This document shows, in pieces, positions 38,920-52,321 of a stretch of 64,000 bases of DNA (positions are counted from its first letter, which is position 1; each line of letters begins with the position of its first letter). Origin of the DNA: Eledone cirrhosa (lineage: Eukaryota); contig OZ024751.1 of NCBI GenBank assembly GCA_964016885.1, positions 7,254,001 through 7,318,000 of the forward strand, read 5' to 3'. The notes under the pieces are model-generated. The model saw only the letters and a program-made list of their open reading frames with translations. It was not told the DNA's origin and made no database searches. A program made the position numbers and the translations under genes.

Positions 38920-41900
38920 GTTTTGCGAGGTTTTTTATATGAAATCGTGTGTCGAAACAGATATTGTTATACTTGGGGAGGGTCATATTTGCGTAATATT
39001 GCCAGAATTAATAACAGAACACACTGACTGTTTGGTTGGTTTTCGCTTCTCGCTGTCTTTTATTATATCTGCGATCTAACTTACTCGGTCCTCAATGTTG
39101 CCATTGACTGACCGGCGGTCAAAAATAATACAGATACAATATAGACACAAACACATATATATATATAGTTTACATAATTTACATAAATCTTTCGTTGCAC
39201 ATCTGCAACATCGTCAGTGGTGTTATATTCATTGTTCCTCCTGTTGTGTTGTATGTCTACGCCATTTTTTTTGTTCAGTCTGTCTATATATTTATTTATT
39301 TATTTGCTTGTTTGTTTATCTTATTTTATTTTATCTTCTTTGCGCATGCGTTTGCGTGTGTGTATAGTGTTATGTGTGATGTGTGACTAGTGTGTATAGT
39401 GTTGTGTCTGCCGGGTGACTAGTGTGTGTTTATGTGCTTGTTGTTATTGTGCTTGTGTATGTATTTATTTATCTTATTTTATTTAATTTTATTTACTTAT
39501 TTATACTTCTCTTAGGTCAGTGTTGTTTGTTTGGGTGTTGTTGTTGTTCCACTCATTCTTTCTGTTTAGCTTTGGTCTTCTAATTTCTATTTCACTGGCC
39601 TCTCTGATTTGCCTATCTGCTGGGTCATTCCTATGTTTAGATATTATTCTAATTTCTATGTTGTCTATGTTACCGTCATGTTGTTGTCTAGCATGTTCAT
39701 ATAGTACTGACCCGTTTTTTCGTCCTTTTAGTTCCCCCCAGTGTTGGTCTATCCTTTCACCTATGCTACGAGCTGTCTCACCTATGTATGTTGTTGTTAT
39801 GTTTCTGCAAGTACCCTCTGTACATCTTATGCTATAAACTACGTTTCTAGTTTTACAGTTTATCCGGGGGTTCACCTTACATATGATACACTTCCTATTG
39901 GTACAGTGGGTTTTCTTAAAAGGGTAGGTTTTGCTGATCAGGGATTTTATGGTGGTTCCTGGCTTTTCTACCACCTTTATTTTTAAGTGGGTCCTTCTCA
40001 GGGCCTTTCTACACTGGTTAGCTAATTTCCCTCCAGGGGTGGCGTCCACAAACATGACACTCTGATATCTCTGGTTGTCGTACCATGATGTGGCCTTCCC
40101 TATCTTATGTCTAGCCCTATCTAAGCTATTCCATGATTTGCTCCTGTATAGTGGGCAGATTCCTTTCATGTCCAGTTCTATGAGGGTCTTATACTTTTCC
40201 ATGGTTCCTTCGTATACTCTGACTCTGTCTCTTTGGTTGTAGCCAGAGAACTGCATGCGGTTGATGAAGTGTTGGATATGTCCTTCCATTTCTGTTGGGT
40301 CGCACATGCTGGACACATTCTTCATCACTCGTACCAAATCTGCGATCAGAATATTAAACTTAGCACTACTGGACATTGCTGAGTTTTTGAGTATCAGGTA
40401 TTTGGAGGCCATGGGTTTAGCATAGTGTGAGTGGAGAATTTGGGCTCTCTCGTCTATAGTGTTAATCCAGAGTTCTGTGTCTAATACAGGTAGTCTATTG
40501 TTAGGGTGTTTGGAAGGGAAGTCTATAGTTACAGTTATACTCTGGTGTATGGAATTAGCTATCTGCTGGATGCTTTCCATCGTGCTACGTTCTAAATCAA
40601 ACTTGTTAGTGCTCTCTAGTGGGGGTGTTCTTATAACTATATTGATATCGTCTACATAACGAGAGTACATGATGAGGTCTATGGAGCTTTCATTAAGGAG
40701 ATCTTAAAGTCTCCTTTCCCACCATACCATGAAAAGGTTGGCAACATCACCAGCTATGCTGACACCGATGGCTGCTCCCTCATTTTGGGTGTAGATTTTC
40801 TCATTGAACTTAAATATGTGGCCCTTTAGGGTAGTTTTGATACTAGCCCCTATTGCATGTGCGACCATTTTTCTTACCTGATCAGTGTTTTGGGGGGTCC
40901 GTATGGCTTTGGTCCACCCAATCCACCTTCCTATGGGAGTCTTTTTAGCCATTGAGGTTATGGTGGGGGGGGTCTACCTCTTATAGGTCTACTAGGGCAG
41001 AAACATCTAAGGTCATGGCTGTCTAGGTAGTCAGTGTCGTAGGTAAGTCTAAGTAGAAGGCCCAGTTCGTCTGTGTCGACGTCGCAGAACTCCACCTCAC
41101 TCTCAATGATCATCTCCACACATCTTTTCACAGCAAAATCAATGTTAATGGATGGGTACAGTGACACTACATCCATGCTGCCTATTATGCAGTTGGATAG
41201 GCTCATGTTTTTGTTGCACTCACTGATTCTGCTGAGGAGGTCCTCTGTACTTTCACATACATCTGGGGACATCTTGATTATGGGGCGTATAACCATTGAG
41301 AGGAAGTAGGAGATCCTGTAGTTGCTAGCTATATTAGCTCCGCATACGGGTCTTGTTGGTGGTCCTGTTGTCGGGTCGTCGACTGTCTTGTGGTCTTTGC
41401 GGAGCCCATACAAGGGTGGTATGCCATTGTTAGACGCCTGGAAGTTGTTGGCAGTGCGTCTGCTTGGCTTTAGGATGTCAGTCAGTCCACATCATCATGT
41501 GAGCGTTGAGGATTTTTTCTCTCCCATCGTGTGTTAGTTGTGCAACTTCGCTCGTGTTGGTGATGTGGGGTTGCATTGCCTCGATGTAGTTCGGCATGCT
41601 ATCTATTGACATCCTACCAGACTTATCTGTGGGTAGACACACTACCTCACCATCCCTTGTGCGCTGCTTGAGGCTAACCAAGCCTTCTACAGGTTTTCTC
41701 CCAAGTTGTTGGGCCTCTGGTCTGCTCTGTCTCATAGTGTACCTGTCTACTACCTGTCTAATCTTATTTCTAGCTATGGTGAACTGTGCCTCCGTCTCGT
41801 CATCTATTTGCTGTGGTATGCAAACTCTTGTATTAAAGGGTAACCTCGTAGGATAGATATTACCCATCTTATATGTTTTGTCAGCTGGGTTGAAAAATAG

Positions 41901-42851
41901 TTTCTCTAAGGGGTTGTCGTTATTTCTATCGTCATAGTTGTGTGTGTTGCTATTATTGTTATCATGGTGGTTGTTGTTGTTTCTATCATTAGCATTATTA
42001 TTATTATTGTTATGATTGCTAGATGTATTGTTGTTTACTTCACCGTTATTGTTGTTGTTGTTACTGCTATTTCTACCATTGTGGTTTTTACTATTATTAT
42101 GTTTCTTGTTTTTGTTGATGTTGCTACATGTACTATTTCCATTATTACCACTGTGGTTATTGTTGTTGTTGTTCGTATTGTTACCGTTATTACTACTGTG
42201 GTCACTGTTGCTGTGTCTGTGGTTAATGTTTCTATTATTATTATTATTGTGATTGTTGTTGTCCGTCTATCGCTAGTATTATTGCCATTATCACTATTTC
42301 TCACTTTCCTGCCATTGTTATGGTTATGGCTGTTATTTCTATACCCAGAGTTATTGTTTATATTATTACTACCGTTATTATTGTTGTTGTTGTTTACCTT
42401 TGCATTCCAACGTATTTTTGTGAAACACTTTTCCAACTCCGTTTTGCATTCCATAGGGTTAATCTTTTTGTAGATGGCAAATTTGGGTGGTAACCTTAGG
42501 ATTTGTTGTTCTTGTTCACTGATTAAAGTGTTCCCATAGATATTTACTGTGTGGTCATTGGTAAATTCTTCCGGTAGTTTTACATCACTCATACGGATAT
42601 TGTCGATGTTATCTGGGTATTTTTGAGAATATTCGATTTTCCTTTCTTGTAGTTTTTTCTTATTCATCCATATTGTATCTGTATTATTTTTGACCGCCGG
42701 TCAGTCAATGGCAACATTGAGGACCGAGTAAGTTAGATCGCAGATATAATAAAAGACAGCGAGAAGCGAAAACCAACCAAACAGTGAGTGTGTTCTGTTA
42801 TTAATTCTGGCAATATTACGCAAATATGACCCTCCCCAAGTATAACAATAT
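38920..42851 (-). mobile_element. Penelope-like element, nearly complete pseudo-ORF, with inverted ~182-bp terminal copy
   Basis: N-terminal ISEQEQQILRLPPKF, PTDKSGR, LYGLRKDHK...RPVC, SMDVVSLYPSI, YTQNEGAAIG, YSRYVDDI, and GIY-YIG NVVYSIRC...YIGETAR. 38961-39142 is the reverse complement of 42670-42851. Confidence 0.92.
39172..39222 (-). ncRNA. Hammerhead motif in the PLE 3' region
   Basis: Minus strand: CACCA-CTGACGA-T-GTTGCA-GATG-TGCAAC-GAAA-GATTTATGTAAATTA-TG. Core and 6-bp stem II are perfect; stems I and III are imperfect. Confidence 0.6.
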
Positions 42852-42881
42852 ATATATATATATATATATATAACATGAAAA

Positions 42882-42931
<50 letters not shown>

Positions 42932-43135
42932 TGTGAATTTCATGTATGTATATATATGCGCATATATGTGTGCATATATGTGTGCATATATGTGTGTATA
43001 TATATGTGCATATATGTGTGTATGTCTAAATATGCGTGTGTGTTTATGCATGTATATATATATGTGTATATATATTTATATGCATATATGTGTCTGTGTT
43101 TATGTACGTATATATGTGTGTATTTATATATATTC

Positions 43136-44222
43136 TTTTTCCAATGCGTGCAGTGCTTTGGGACTGACAATCAGTCTCAAGAAGACTGTCGTCATGTACC
43201 AACCTACTCCGGATAATGTTTTCAATGAACCCTCCATATATGTATACTCTCAAAAGCTAAAGGTTACTGACAGTTTTCTGTATTTGAGGAGTACTCTGAG
43301 TGTGACCTGCTCTCTGGGTGCAGAAGTTGGTCTACGTGTTAGTACGGCCAGTGAGTCATTTGGAAGCCTCAGCGACCGTCTTTGGTGCAGGTGAGGAATC
43401 ACAATGAGGACCAAGGTGAGAGTGTATGCTGCATGTGTACTGTCAGCTTTGCTATATAATTGTGAGACATGGTTTGCCTATACACGGCATATCCACAGAC
43501 TGGAACGATTTCACCAGCAGTATCGCAGAACGGTGCTGGGTATCAAGTGGCAGATGTACGCGAGTGATGTTGAGGTCCTTAAGAGAAGTGAGTGTCGGAG
43601 CATAGAGAGTATCATCCACCAACGGCGTTTGCGATGGACCGGACACCTCTGCAGAATGGAGGATGATTGCATCGCGAAACATCTTTTGTGTGGTGAACTT
43701 TGTAAGGGTGAGATACCACCTCACAAGCCAAGGTTCCGATTGAAGGATTGTGTAAATATCTCAATGACAAAATCTGGTTTGATGGTGGCTGACTAGGAGA
43801 TAGAGGCTCGTGAAAGAGAAACTTGGCGTGGAATGGTGAATGATGGAGGCCATAATGTTGAGGACAGACGCATAGAACACGAGAAGATCAAACGGGATGT
43901 GCGTAAGCAATGCCCTGGTGTATTTCTCGAAGCGATCGGTGTCTTCATTAAATTGAAGTGCCCTGTGTGGAAAAATTTGCTTGAGCAAGTCTAGTCTCAC
44001 GAACCAGAGTCATAGCCATGTTCAAAGAGAACCAGTGAACTATGATCTCCACGGTACTGTGAAGGTTCACAGGCAACCTGGGTCCAGATAGATTCATAGT
44101 TGTCGTCAATGTGAGAAGGAGTGCAAGTATCTAGTTGGCTTGAAAAGCCATATCCGAACGTCATACATCTGAACCTGACAAGCGATTGAAATACTCTTAG
44201 CAGAGTTTGCAGCCATCGTTTA
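43136..44222 (+). mobile_element. RTE-BovB-like LINE, 5'-truncated and decayed
   Basis: FSNACSALGLTISLKKTVVMYQP, TKVRVYAACVLSALLYNCETW, RRLRWTGHLCRM. Confidence 0.88.
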
Positions 44223-44619
44223 TATGTGTCTTCCCACGATGGGACATGTACACTTTTTTCCTCCTATTCCTTTTTCCTTACCTTTTTCTCCCTCTCTCCT
44301 CATACTTTTCCTCCCTGTTCTTCCTCTTTTCCCTCTCTTTCCTTTTTATGTCTCCTTTTTTCTCCCCTTTTTTTTCTCTCTTTCTCTCTCTTTTTCCACC
44401 TGGCCTTTTCATAAATAAAAAGCCTCGGGGGCACCCTAAATACACCGATGTCCTATTATTCAGCGCCGAAACATCGGTTCGGGAAACATTAACAGCTGAC
44501 GATGCAAACTCCTTTCTTCCTTTCTCCACCTGTCGTTACCACCATCCTAAACCTTGTTTTTAGTAACCACACAGCTCCTTTCGTTTCATAACTTTTATAT
44601 ATATATATATATATATATA

Positions 44620-44665
<46 letters not shown>

Positions 44666-44685
44666 ATGTATGTATATATGTGTGC

Positions 44686-44741
<56 letters not shown>

Positions 44742-45623
44742 ATATTTGTATTTATGTATGTATATAAGTGTATTTGTATTTATGTATAGATGTATTTATG
44801 TATTTTTTTTTTTTTAAAGTTCTTACTACAAATTCTTTCTTTTCCTTTCTCCTTTCCTTTCGACATACGTATGGCGGAGTGTATACTAAGGCTGTGTCCT
44901 ACTAATGTTACGCTAAATAACCCTATGATTGTTTTGTTTTTTTATTCCCGCAATATATTATTTATGATGAATGCCGCATACAGGTGTGTACCTGACCGAT
45001 GAAGACTAAGGCCCCTAGGGGCAATGAAGACGACGAAGTGATGCTAGCCGTTCAACATTACAACTCCGCTACCACCACAGTAGTAATTCTGATACATGAA
45101 GTTGTTTTGATTGACAGGTGTAGAACAAGAGGAAGCAAGAAGTAGGCAACCATGAGTCGCTAGAAATACCGGTGACGTGTACAATGTTTGACCACTCATG
45201 GAGTGACAACAACAGAATCTAAATCAATAAACGAAGAAATTCGATGTTAAAGGACTCAAGGAAAATCTGCTACGTAGAATCGAGACATATCTGACGACCG
45301 TGTTGATTCCAGAGTCAGCTTTGATCACCATATCGATCGTGCCTCGAGCTGATCGCCCGAGAAACATTTGTAATATGTCCAATAAATTCCTTTCGTCGCA
45401 ACACTGATTCTCTTTTTTCTGTGATATCATACTCTGCTCTACGAGGGCAGTGCGTGCTTATACGGCTTACCGCATACGGACGCTTTAAGCATCCAACACA
45501 AATGATGTATATATATATACATGTATGTATATTAGTGTTTATATATATATATGTATATGAGTGTTTATGTATTTAAATATATATATATGTATTTATGTAT
45601 ATGTATGTATATGAGTGTTTATA

Positions 45624-45692
<69 letters not shown>

Positions 45693-45704
45693 ATATAAAC
45701 ACTC

Positions 45705-45759
<55 letters not shown>

Positions 45760-45831
45760 AACCAGTGCGTTATGGTCCACCTGGTTCCTTACCACATTTC
45801 CTTCGTTATATATATATATATATATATACAT

Positions 45832-46437
45832 ATAATAATAAATTTGAAGACTAAAATACAAAGAGGGCTCGATAAGGATAAATATATATCAAATATATAA
45901 GAACCGTAGAGCAAATATTTATTAAAATAATAGATTAAAATTGAAGCAAAGAATCGGTGATTTCACCTTTAACGGGATCTTCTGATATTAACAAAGTCAA
46001 TCTGTAAACGCAGAAGTGTATATTTCAAAAAACGTTGCAACCGGAGGAACACAAGAAGACGATACTTTGGTTCGTGGAACGTTCCCTGGCAAAGAACGGG
46101 AAAAAACGAATATAATACATCATCATTTGGAGTGGTGAAAAGCAATTACACGCAAAGTCAAAAGGACTTATTTTATACCATAAATGTGGTTTTGTCTTTG
46201 CGTGTAATTGTTTTTCACCGCTCCAAATAAGGACGTATTATATTCGTTTTTTCCCATTCTTAGCCAGGGAATGTTTCCACGAACCAAAGTATCGTCTTCC
46301 TGTCTTACTCCGGTTGCAACGTTTTTTGAAATATTCACTTCTGCGCTCACAGATTGACTTTGTTAGTTTCAGAAGATCCCGTTAAGTGTGAAAGCAGCGA
46401 TTCTTTGCTTAAACTTTAATCTGTTATTTTAATAAAT
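45832..46437 (-). mobile_element. Family C fold-back element, copy 2
   Basis: 45832-46165 is the reverse complement of about 5260-5592, and 46170-46437 is the inverted arm. Embedded in (TA)n. Confidence 0.78.
46365..46415 (+). ncRNA. Hammerhead-like motif with U4A core variant (family C)
   Basis: AGTTT-CAGAAGA-T-CCC-GTTAA-GTG-T-GAA-AGCAG-CGATTCT-TTGCT-T-AAACT. A more decayed mirror copy lies at about 45939-45989 (-). Confidence 0.55.
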
Positions 46438-46839
46438 AAATATATATATATATATATACATGTATTCGTGTGTGGGCGTATATAGATATGTTTTCTGGAA
46501 GGTGAGTGCATTATTGGTTGTAATCGAAAGGATCTGCTCTTCGTCCTTCAATTCTATGCTAAAATGGTTCTTTAGGTCTCAGGGAAATACAGGGTCGTCT
46601 ATTTTAGTAATATTAACAATTACCTGATCATATTTTGACCTTGCAAACAAGATACTTGCCTGTGGCGGCAGGAGAATGTGACACGTAACGTGGAAAAACC
46701 ATACCATCCCGGTTACAGAGATCGAATAATAGTAGTTCTGATTTAGGCACAATGATTTAGGCGCAGTTTTAGGGGAAGGGAAGTCGATTGAATCGACTCC
46801 AGTTCTTTCTAAACAACGATGCTTCCACTAGAAGATTAG

Positions 46840-46879
<40 letters not shown>

Positions 46880-46880
<1 letters not shown>

Positions 46881-49800
46881 CTTATCATGGCTAAGTGTGA
46901 GTCGTGTCACTCGGGATTTTCACTTGCAGATAGAACAACCCTCAACTCCAGGTGCATGTTGTGCCACATTCACCCACACTTCAGTAAATTTACTGGGGTG
47001 CAGTGCCTCTCTCTCCACTCTGATTCTCCTTCTAAAGTAGTCCCTAAAGAAGGGAATGATTTGTTGTCCGGAGAGTAAGGCATCTGTCCTCAGTTCCCTC
47101 AATCTCGTCCACCATATAACCTATTTGATCATAGCCACTATACAGAGGAAACCGCCTCTCTTTCCATTTCGAAAGAACTTGGAGGTTTGATCCTTACTAT
47201 GGACACAGCAGTCATCTCGATTTGTCCCATACGCGACAGCAGATGTTCTGCGTAGTTCCACAGGTCAGATACGCCCGGTGTAGTGTACAATTGCGTGCAA
47301 GACGGTTTCAATGTCCTGCTCGCAACTTGGATAGGTCCTCTTGGAACGATTCCTGTCGGTGCGTCCGTGCCTGTTGATCTTGTCTCGAACTGGTAGAGTT
47401 CCTCGGTGGCACTGACAGACCAGGGACCTCTGGAAGTAGTCCATAGGTCCCGGGCGGAAAGTCCTACAAACCAGACTGGTGAGCTCGTCGTTTTCGACGC
47501 CCAGAGTCTCTCCGAGCGCGTCCTCACCCTTGTGACGTACTAACCCTCTATAGAATGTCGAAGTGGCGTCTCCACTGATTGCTGTGCCCGCCTGACAGAG
47601 GACTGTGTGCTCCTGAGCGAATTCAATGTGCCAGGTGCCCATCATTTTCGGTCTGCACTTGACCCAGGACTGCAGCTCCGTCAGCGAGACAAGTTGCTGG
47701 AAGGCCTCTCTCACAAACGGTGCCCACACTAGTGGGCAGGTGAGGAATACCTGGAGATGCCGTAGCCTCAGCGCATGTTTGCGCATCATCAGCCACGGCA
47801 TCCCCAGCACTCCGTTGGAAGAGTGCTGACAGCAGATGGATCTCCTCACCAGTGGTGCCAGCTTCTTCCAAAGGAACTGGAAGAGCTTGCGTTCAATGTT
47901 GGTGAGGTGTTCAACAAGCGGTAGTATTCAGGGACGCTATGAAAGTGTGTGCCACCTCCGCAGGACCTTTCAAGGATACTTTGCATTCTGCCCATTTCTG
48001 TGTGAGCGCAAATACCTTGGCCGTGACGTCGTCCTGGTTTTTCTCCACCTGGAGGTCCGGATCGAATCAGACCCCGAGCAATTTCACCAATCCGTCCGTC
48101 CAGTATCCGACGACGCTGTCAGACGGCATCGATTTGCCTTTCCACGTTCCGAGTTAGAAATCGACAGACTTGTCCGGGTTCAGTTTTGCTCCTGTTAACC
48201 TTTCGTTTTGCTGCCGTAAGTTGCCGAACGCCCCGATTTCCGAAGTCTCTGGCACCATTACTGTTACGTCGTCGGCATAAGCCGTTGCCGCTTTCTACAG
48301 TCCCGGTTCCAACGTGATGCCCTGCAGCAGCTCCAATTTCCGCAGTATTGGCACGTACAGAATGGAGGAGAGAGGGCATCCCTTTTGGATGGAATGCGTG
48401 ATTGTGAACGGCTCCGATAGGTATCCGTTCACCTTGACCGTCGAGCAGATGTTGGTGAGCATTGCTTTGATCCAGCCTCTGAAGACGGGTCCGAAACCAG
48501 CGGCCTTGAGAACCGCTACCAAGTATCGATGGTAGACCCTATCGAACGCCTTAGACTGATCTAAATTGATCAGAGCCCCACCGAAGCCGTGTTTACACCC
48601 CACACTCTCTATGATATATTGCATGAGGTGGAGGTTGTCGTGTATGGACCTGGTCGGGATTGCATACTTTTGCGCTTTCCTTACCAGGTTCTCAACGACA
48701 GGCGCCAACCTCGTTGCCAACACCTTGGCCAAATTCTTTAACTCTGTGTTGAGCAGAGTTATGGACCTAAAGTTGCTTAGTTCGTCCGCCTAGTTCTAGT
48801 CTTCTCTGGTCAGCGTTGCTACGCCCCTGCCTGCAGAACTGGGAATTCTCCCGTTCTGCTGCCAGTTGCAGTAGACGGCTTCGAGGGCGCAAGAGAGCGA
48901 GTCCCGCATGCCTATGTAAAACTCATAGGGTAGACTATCTAGCCCGGGTGATTTGCGTTTTCCGCAGCTTCCCAGAGCGTCGCGTATCTCAGTGGCTGTG
49001 ATCGGTCTTTCGCAGAACTCGGTGTCCATGCACGATAGACGCGACAGGCCGTCGAGTTACGAACCGAAGTCCATGGCCCCGTTCGGCGCACCGCCACTCT
49101 GATCGAACTGTTGCGCGAAGTGCCGCTGAAAGGCCGCGCACATCCTCTTGGAGTCAAGAAGCACTCGTCCGTTTTGGACTTTCAAAGACCGAATGGTGGA
49201 CTTGTTGCCACATTTCGACTCTACCACTCGGGCCCAACTAACAGCTTTTGGTCCCTCGTTTCCTAGAGTACTTGATATACTTCTGACTACGCAGCCTTCG
49301 TGTTTCACGTTGAAGAACTGGTCCGGTTCCGTTCTCATTGCTAGTACTCTAGCTGCGTTGCCACTCCTAAGCGCCTCCTCTACCTTGGCTACTAGTTCTG
49401 TTTCTGTTTTGTTTTTTCTCTAAGACTATTTCTGCTAAAGTCTATCGACTCTACTGTAATTGCTCTCTTGGGAGAGTAACCCCATCTATTGTTGATGATG
49501 GTTCCCGTCAACTGTTGCTTAACTAATCTACTTATCCGTTCACTGTAGGCCTTACGTGCCGGTAGCGACACGTTCAACTTCCAGTATCCTGGTCCTTGTC
49601 TATGTATTCTATCACGGTTTACTATGCAGATGACTAGTTTGTGGTCTGAATATCCAATAATGTGCATTTGTGGACAGCTTAACATCATCTTGTCTCTCTC
49701 TCTGTAATAAAGAACATGTCTAAATACGATCTAGATGTCCCCCTTGCGGTTTGTCCAAGTCCACTGTGGTGCACTTGGGAAATCTAGTCGATACCTATCA

Positions 49801-52238
49801 CCTAGTTGGAATTGGCCGATTAAATTTTTGAGGCTGTTGCACCCACCTCTACTGGAACATTATCCTACATAGTCCCATCGCGCGTCTAGGATACCATTCC
49901 AGCCCCAAACTAAAAGCAAAGAGCGAGACGTTCCCAGAAAAGACTCTAGACGCTTTAAGGAAGTCTGGCCGCGATTGCCCAGTCGGGGCATAAACATCCA
50001 CCATCTAAAGGCTCCACCGCCAATACTGTTCACGTCTAGGACTACCAGTCCAAGTGTACTTGCTGTACTTCGAGGTCCAGGTTTTTCCGAAACATGACAG
50101 CCACACCCCCTCCAACTCCTGGCTGACAGAGAGATGCGTAGATCTCAATGTCATTGAAGATGGGGGTTACTTGCTGCCTGTTGTGGATCCTGGACTCGGT
50201 GATGGCCATCACATCCATACTGTGTGACTAAGGTCGTTTAAAAGTTGGCCCTGTTTCCAGGGCATGCCCAGGCCATGCACATTCACTCTTCCAACTAGTA
50301 AATGAGCCATGTTGGTGGAGAAGAGTTGGCGAAAAGGACGAACAGATGCACTTACCTTTTCGTTTCCTGCAGATCGGGTTGTTCAATCTTCATTTGGGTG
50401 CTGGTGGGGTGTTGGTTGGGTGGGGAAACATTTTAACAGGACGCGGTTAATTGGTTTTTGATAGGGGTTGCCCACGTCCTGCGAAAATTCCTTTTTTAGT
50501 TCAGTATAGGTTTGCATGGAAACCCTTATCAGTTTGAGGTGTGGAGACGATTCTGCTTTAACGAAAGTTTTACCCTCGGTTTCCACCTTGGGGTTTTTGG
50601 AGATGACCTCCATCAAATTCTTGTTGGTGTTGATGTATGCGTATTGTTGTTTGTGTTTTTGTTGTGTTGTTTTGGTTTGTTGTTCATTTTGTAGTTTTCT
50701 TTTTGTGGTGGGCATTTGTGTCTGTGCTTGTTTTGCTGGTAGGGGGTGGGGTGTTGATGGTGGTGGGGTTTGTGTTGTTGTTTGTGTTGGTGGTTGTGTG
50801 TTTGTGTTGGTGAATGGTGTTTTTTGGGCTTTGTGTTGTCTCTTTTTTGTTTTTTTTATTTCCGAGGCTCTCCTTCATCTTCACTTGGGGATGGAGAAGT
50901 AGCCTCATCTGACGATAAAGCGTCATCAGGAGCGTGTGGGAGGAGTATGTTGTGTGGTGATGGTGTGTTTGTGTGTGTGAATGTGGTAGTGTTGGATGGA
51001 GTGAAAAGGGGTGGGACTGTCTTTTTCAGGTGAAATATTTGTTTTTTTTCTGTTTTTTGTGGTTGAGTATTTTTTTGTTTTTGTGTGTTTGCTTGTTTTG
51101 TGTGTTGTTGTTCTTGGTGGTAAAAATACTTCTTTTTTGGGGGGAGGGGATGTTTCTTTGTAAGAGGGGACAGGAGGCCTTTAAAAACGATGTGCTTGCG
51201 CATTTAAAACACTATGGCCTCCTGCCTTCTTGCGAAATGTGAATGCAATTGGTATTGTCTACTGGCACTCTTTCTGGTCTCTTGGAAATTCGGTCCGGTT
51301 TCATTTGGACTAAAATTTCCAAGCTTGTGCCGTTCCAGGTGTTTCTTGTGGATTTTTGAATCGACAGTATTGCGTCTTCATCCTCCTTCGAGAACCTTGC
51401 CAGAATCCACCAGATGTTAATGTTGGGTGGAATGTTTGAAATGTTTATTCTTAGTGTTCTCTTTCCCATATATGTAGGGAAAAAGGTGTGAGTGGCAGAG
51501 GTGATCTTTGTAAGAAGTGTATGTGTGGCATGGCCTCTTTCAAGACGATTTCAATTTCGCCCTGAGTAACGAAAGCCGGTTTTATTTTTGTGTGTTCGAA
51601 ATCGTGCGAAATATCACAGTCCTTCGCATTGAGTCGGCTTTGATTTGTGGCGGAGAGGTGATTTTAAATCCCCCTTTTTTCTCGAAGGTAATATTTTTTT
51701 TCCTTCATTGGATATCAATATTTGTAAAACTTCCTTTGCTTATTGTGGCAAAATATTTTTTATGCTTGCTGTTGTTGTTGTTGTCATTGTTATCATTGTT
51801 TTTGTTGTTTTTGTTGTTTTTGTTGTTCTCAATTGCTTGATTTTAAGTTGTGGTGTTCATTTGTGAAGTTGCGTTTTTTTCTTGTTCAATATTTTTTGTG
51901 CCGTTCGTTTTTCCACACTTTTGTTTTCATGTGAATTTTCTCGGTCATTACTCCCTGTTGTCATAGTGATAAACATTTCAACGCTCCCATTTCCATTTAT
52001 GGCGGGAGACGCTTCAATTATATCATTCATAGTTATAAAAACAATTACTTACATTTTCTGAAAATTAAATGTTCCCCCCGCGGGGGCGAACATTTCATTG
52101 ACCCACCCACTGACTAATAATTTAGTCGGAGGGTCAATCTATACGATAGTATATATTTTTAAACAAACATTTTTGTTTTTTATAAGTAAAAAGACAAAAC
52201 CTTACCAACGCGACTGGCACACAACTTCCTCTATGTCA
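46880..52238 (-). mobile_element. Near full-length decayed Tx1/L1-clade LINE (second family)
   Basis: ORF2 from ATG 50310 (MAHLLVGRVNVHGLG); YSDHKLV, GPGYWKLN, KSPGLDSLPYEFY, AKVLATRL, LDQSKAFDRV, LPVRDKI. ORF1 remnants at about 50350-52030. The 5' end abuts (GATA)n. Confidence 0.9.
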
Positions 52239-52241
52239 AAT

Positions 52242-52270
52242 GATAGATAGATAGATAGATAGATAGATAT

Positions 52271-52320
<50 letters not shown>
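52242..52320. repeat. (GATA)n microsatellite
   Basis: Direct reading. Confidence 0.97.

Positions 52321-52321
<1 letters not shown>

Noticed and set aside
38941-38975. GAAACAGATATTGTT resembling the 3' half of a hammerhead
   Set aside because: No CUGANGA-type core upstream, and it is antisense to the PLE.
44443-44485. Hairpin ACCGATGT...ACATCGGT with GAAAC
   Set aside because: No catalytic core or stem I in the correct order.
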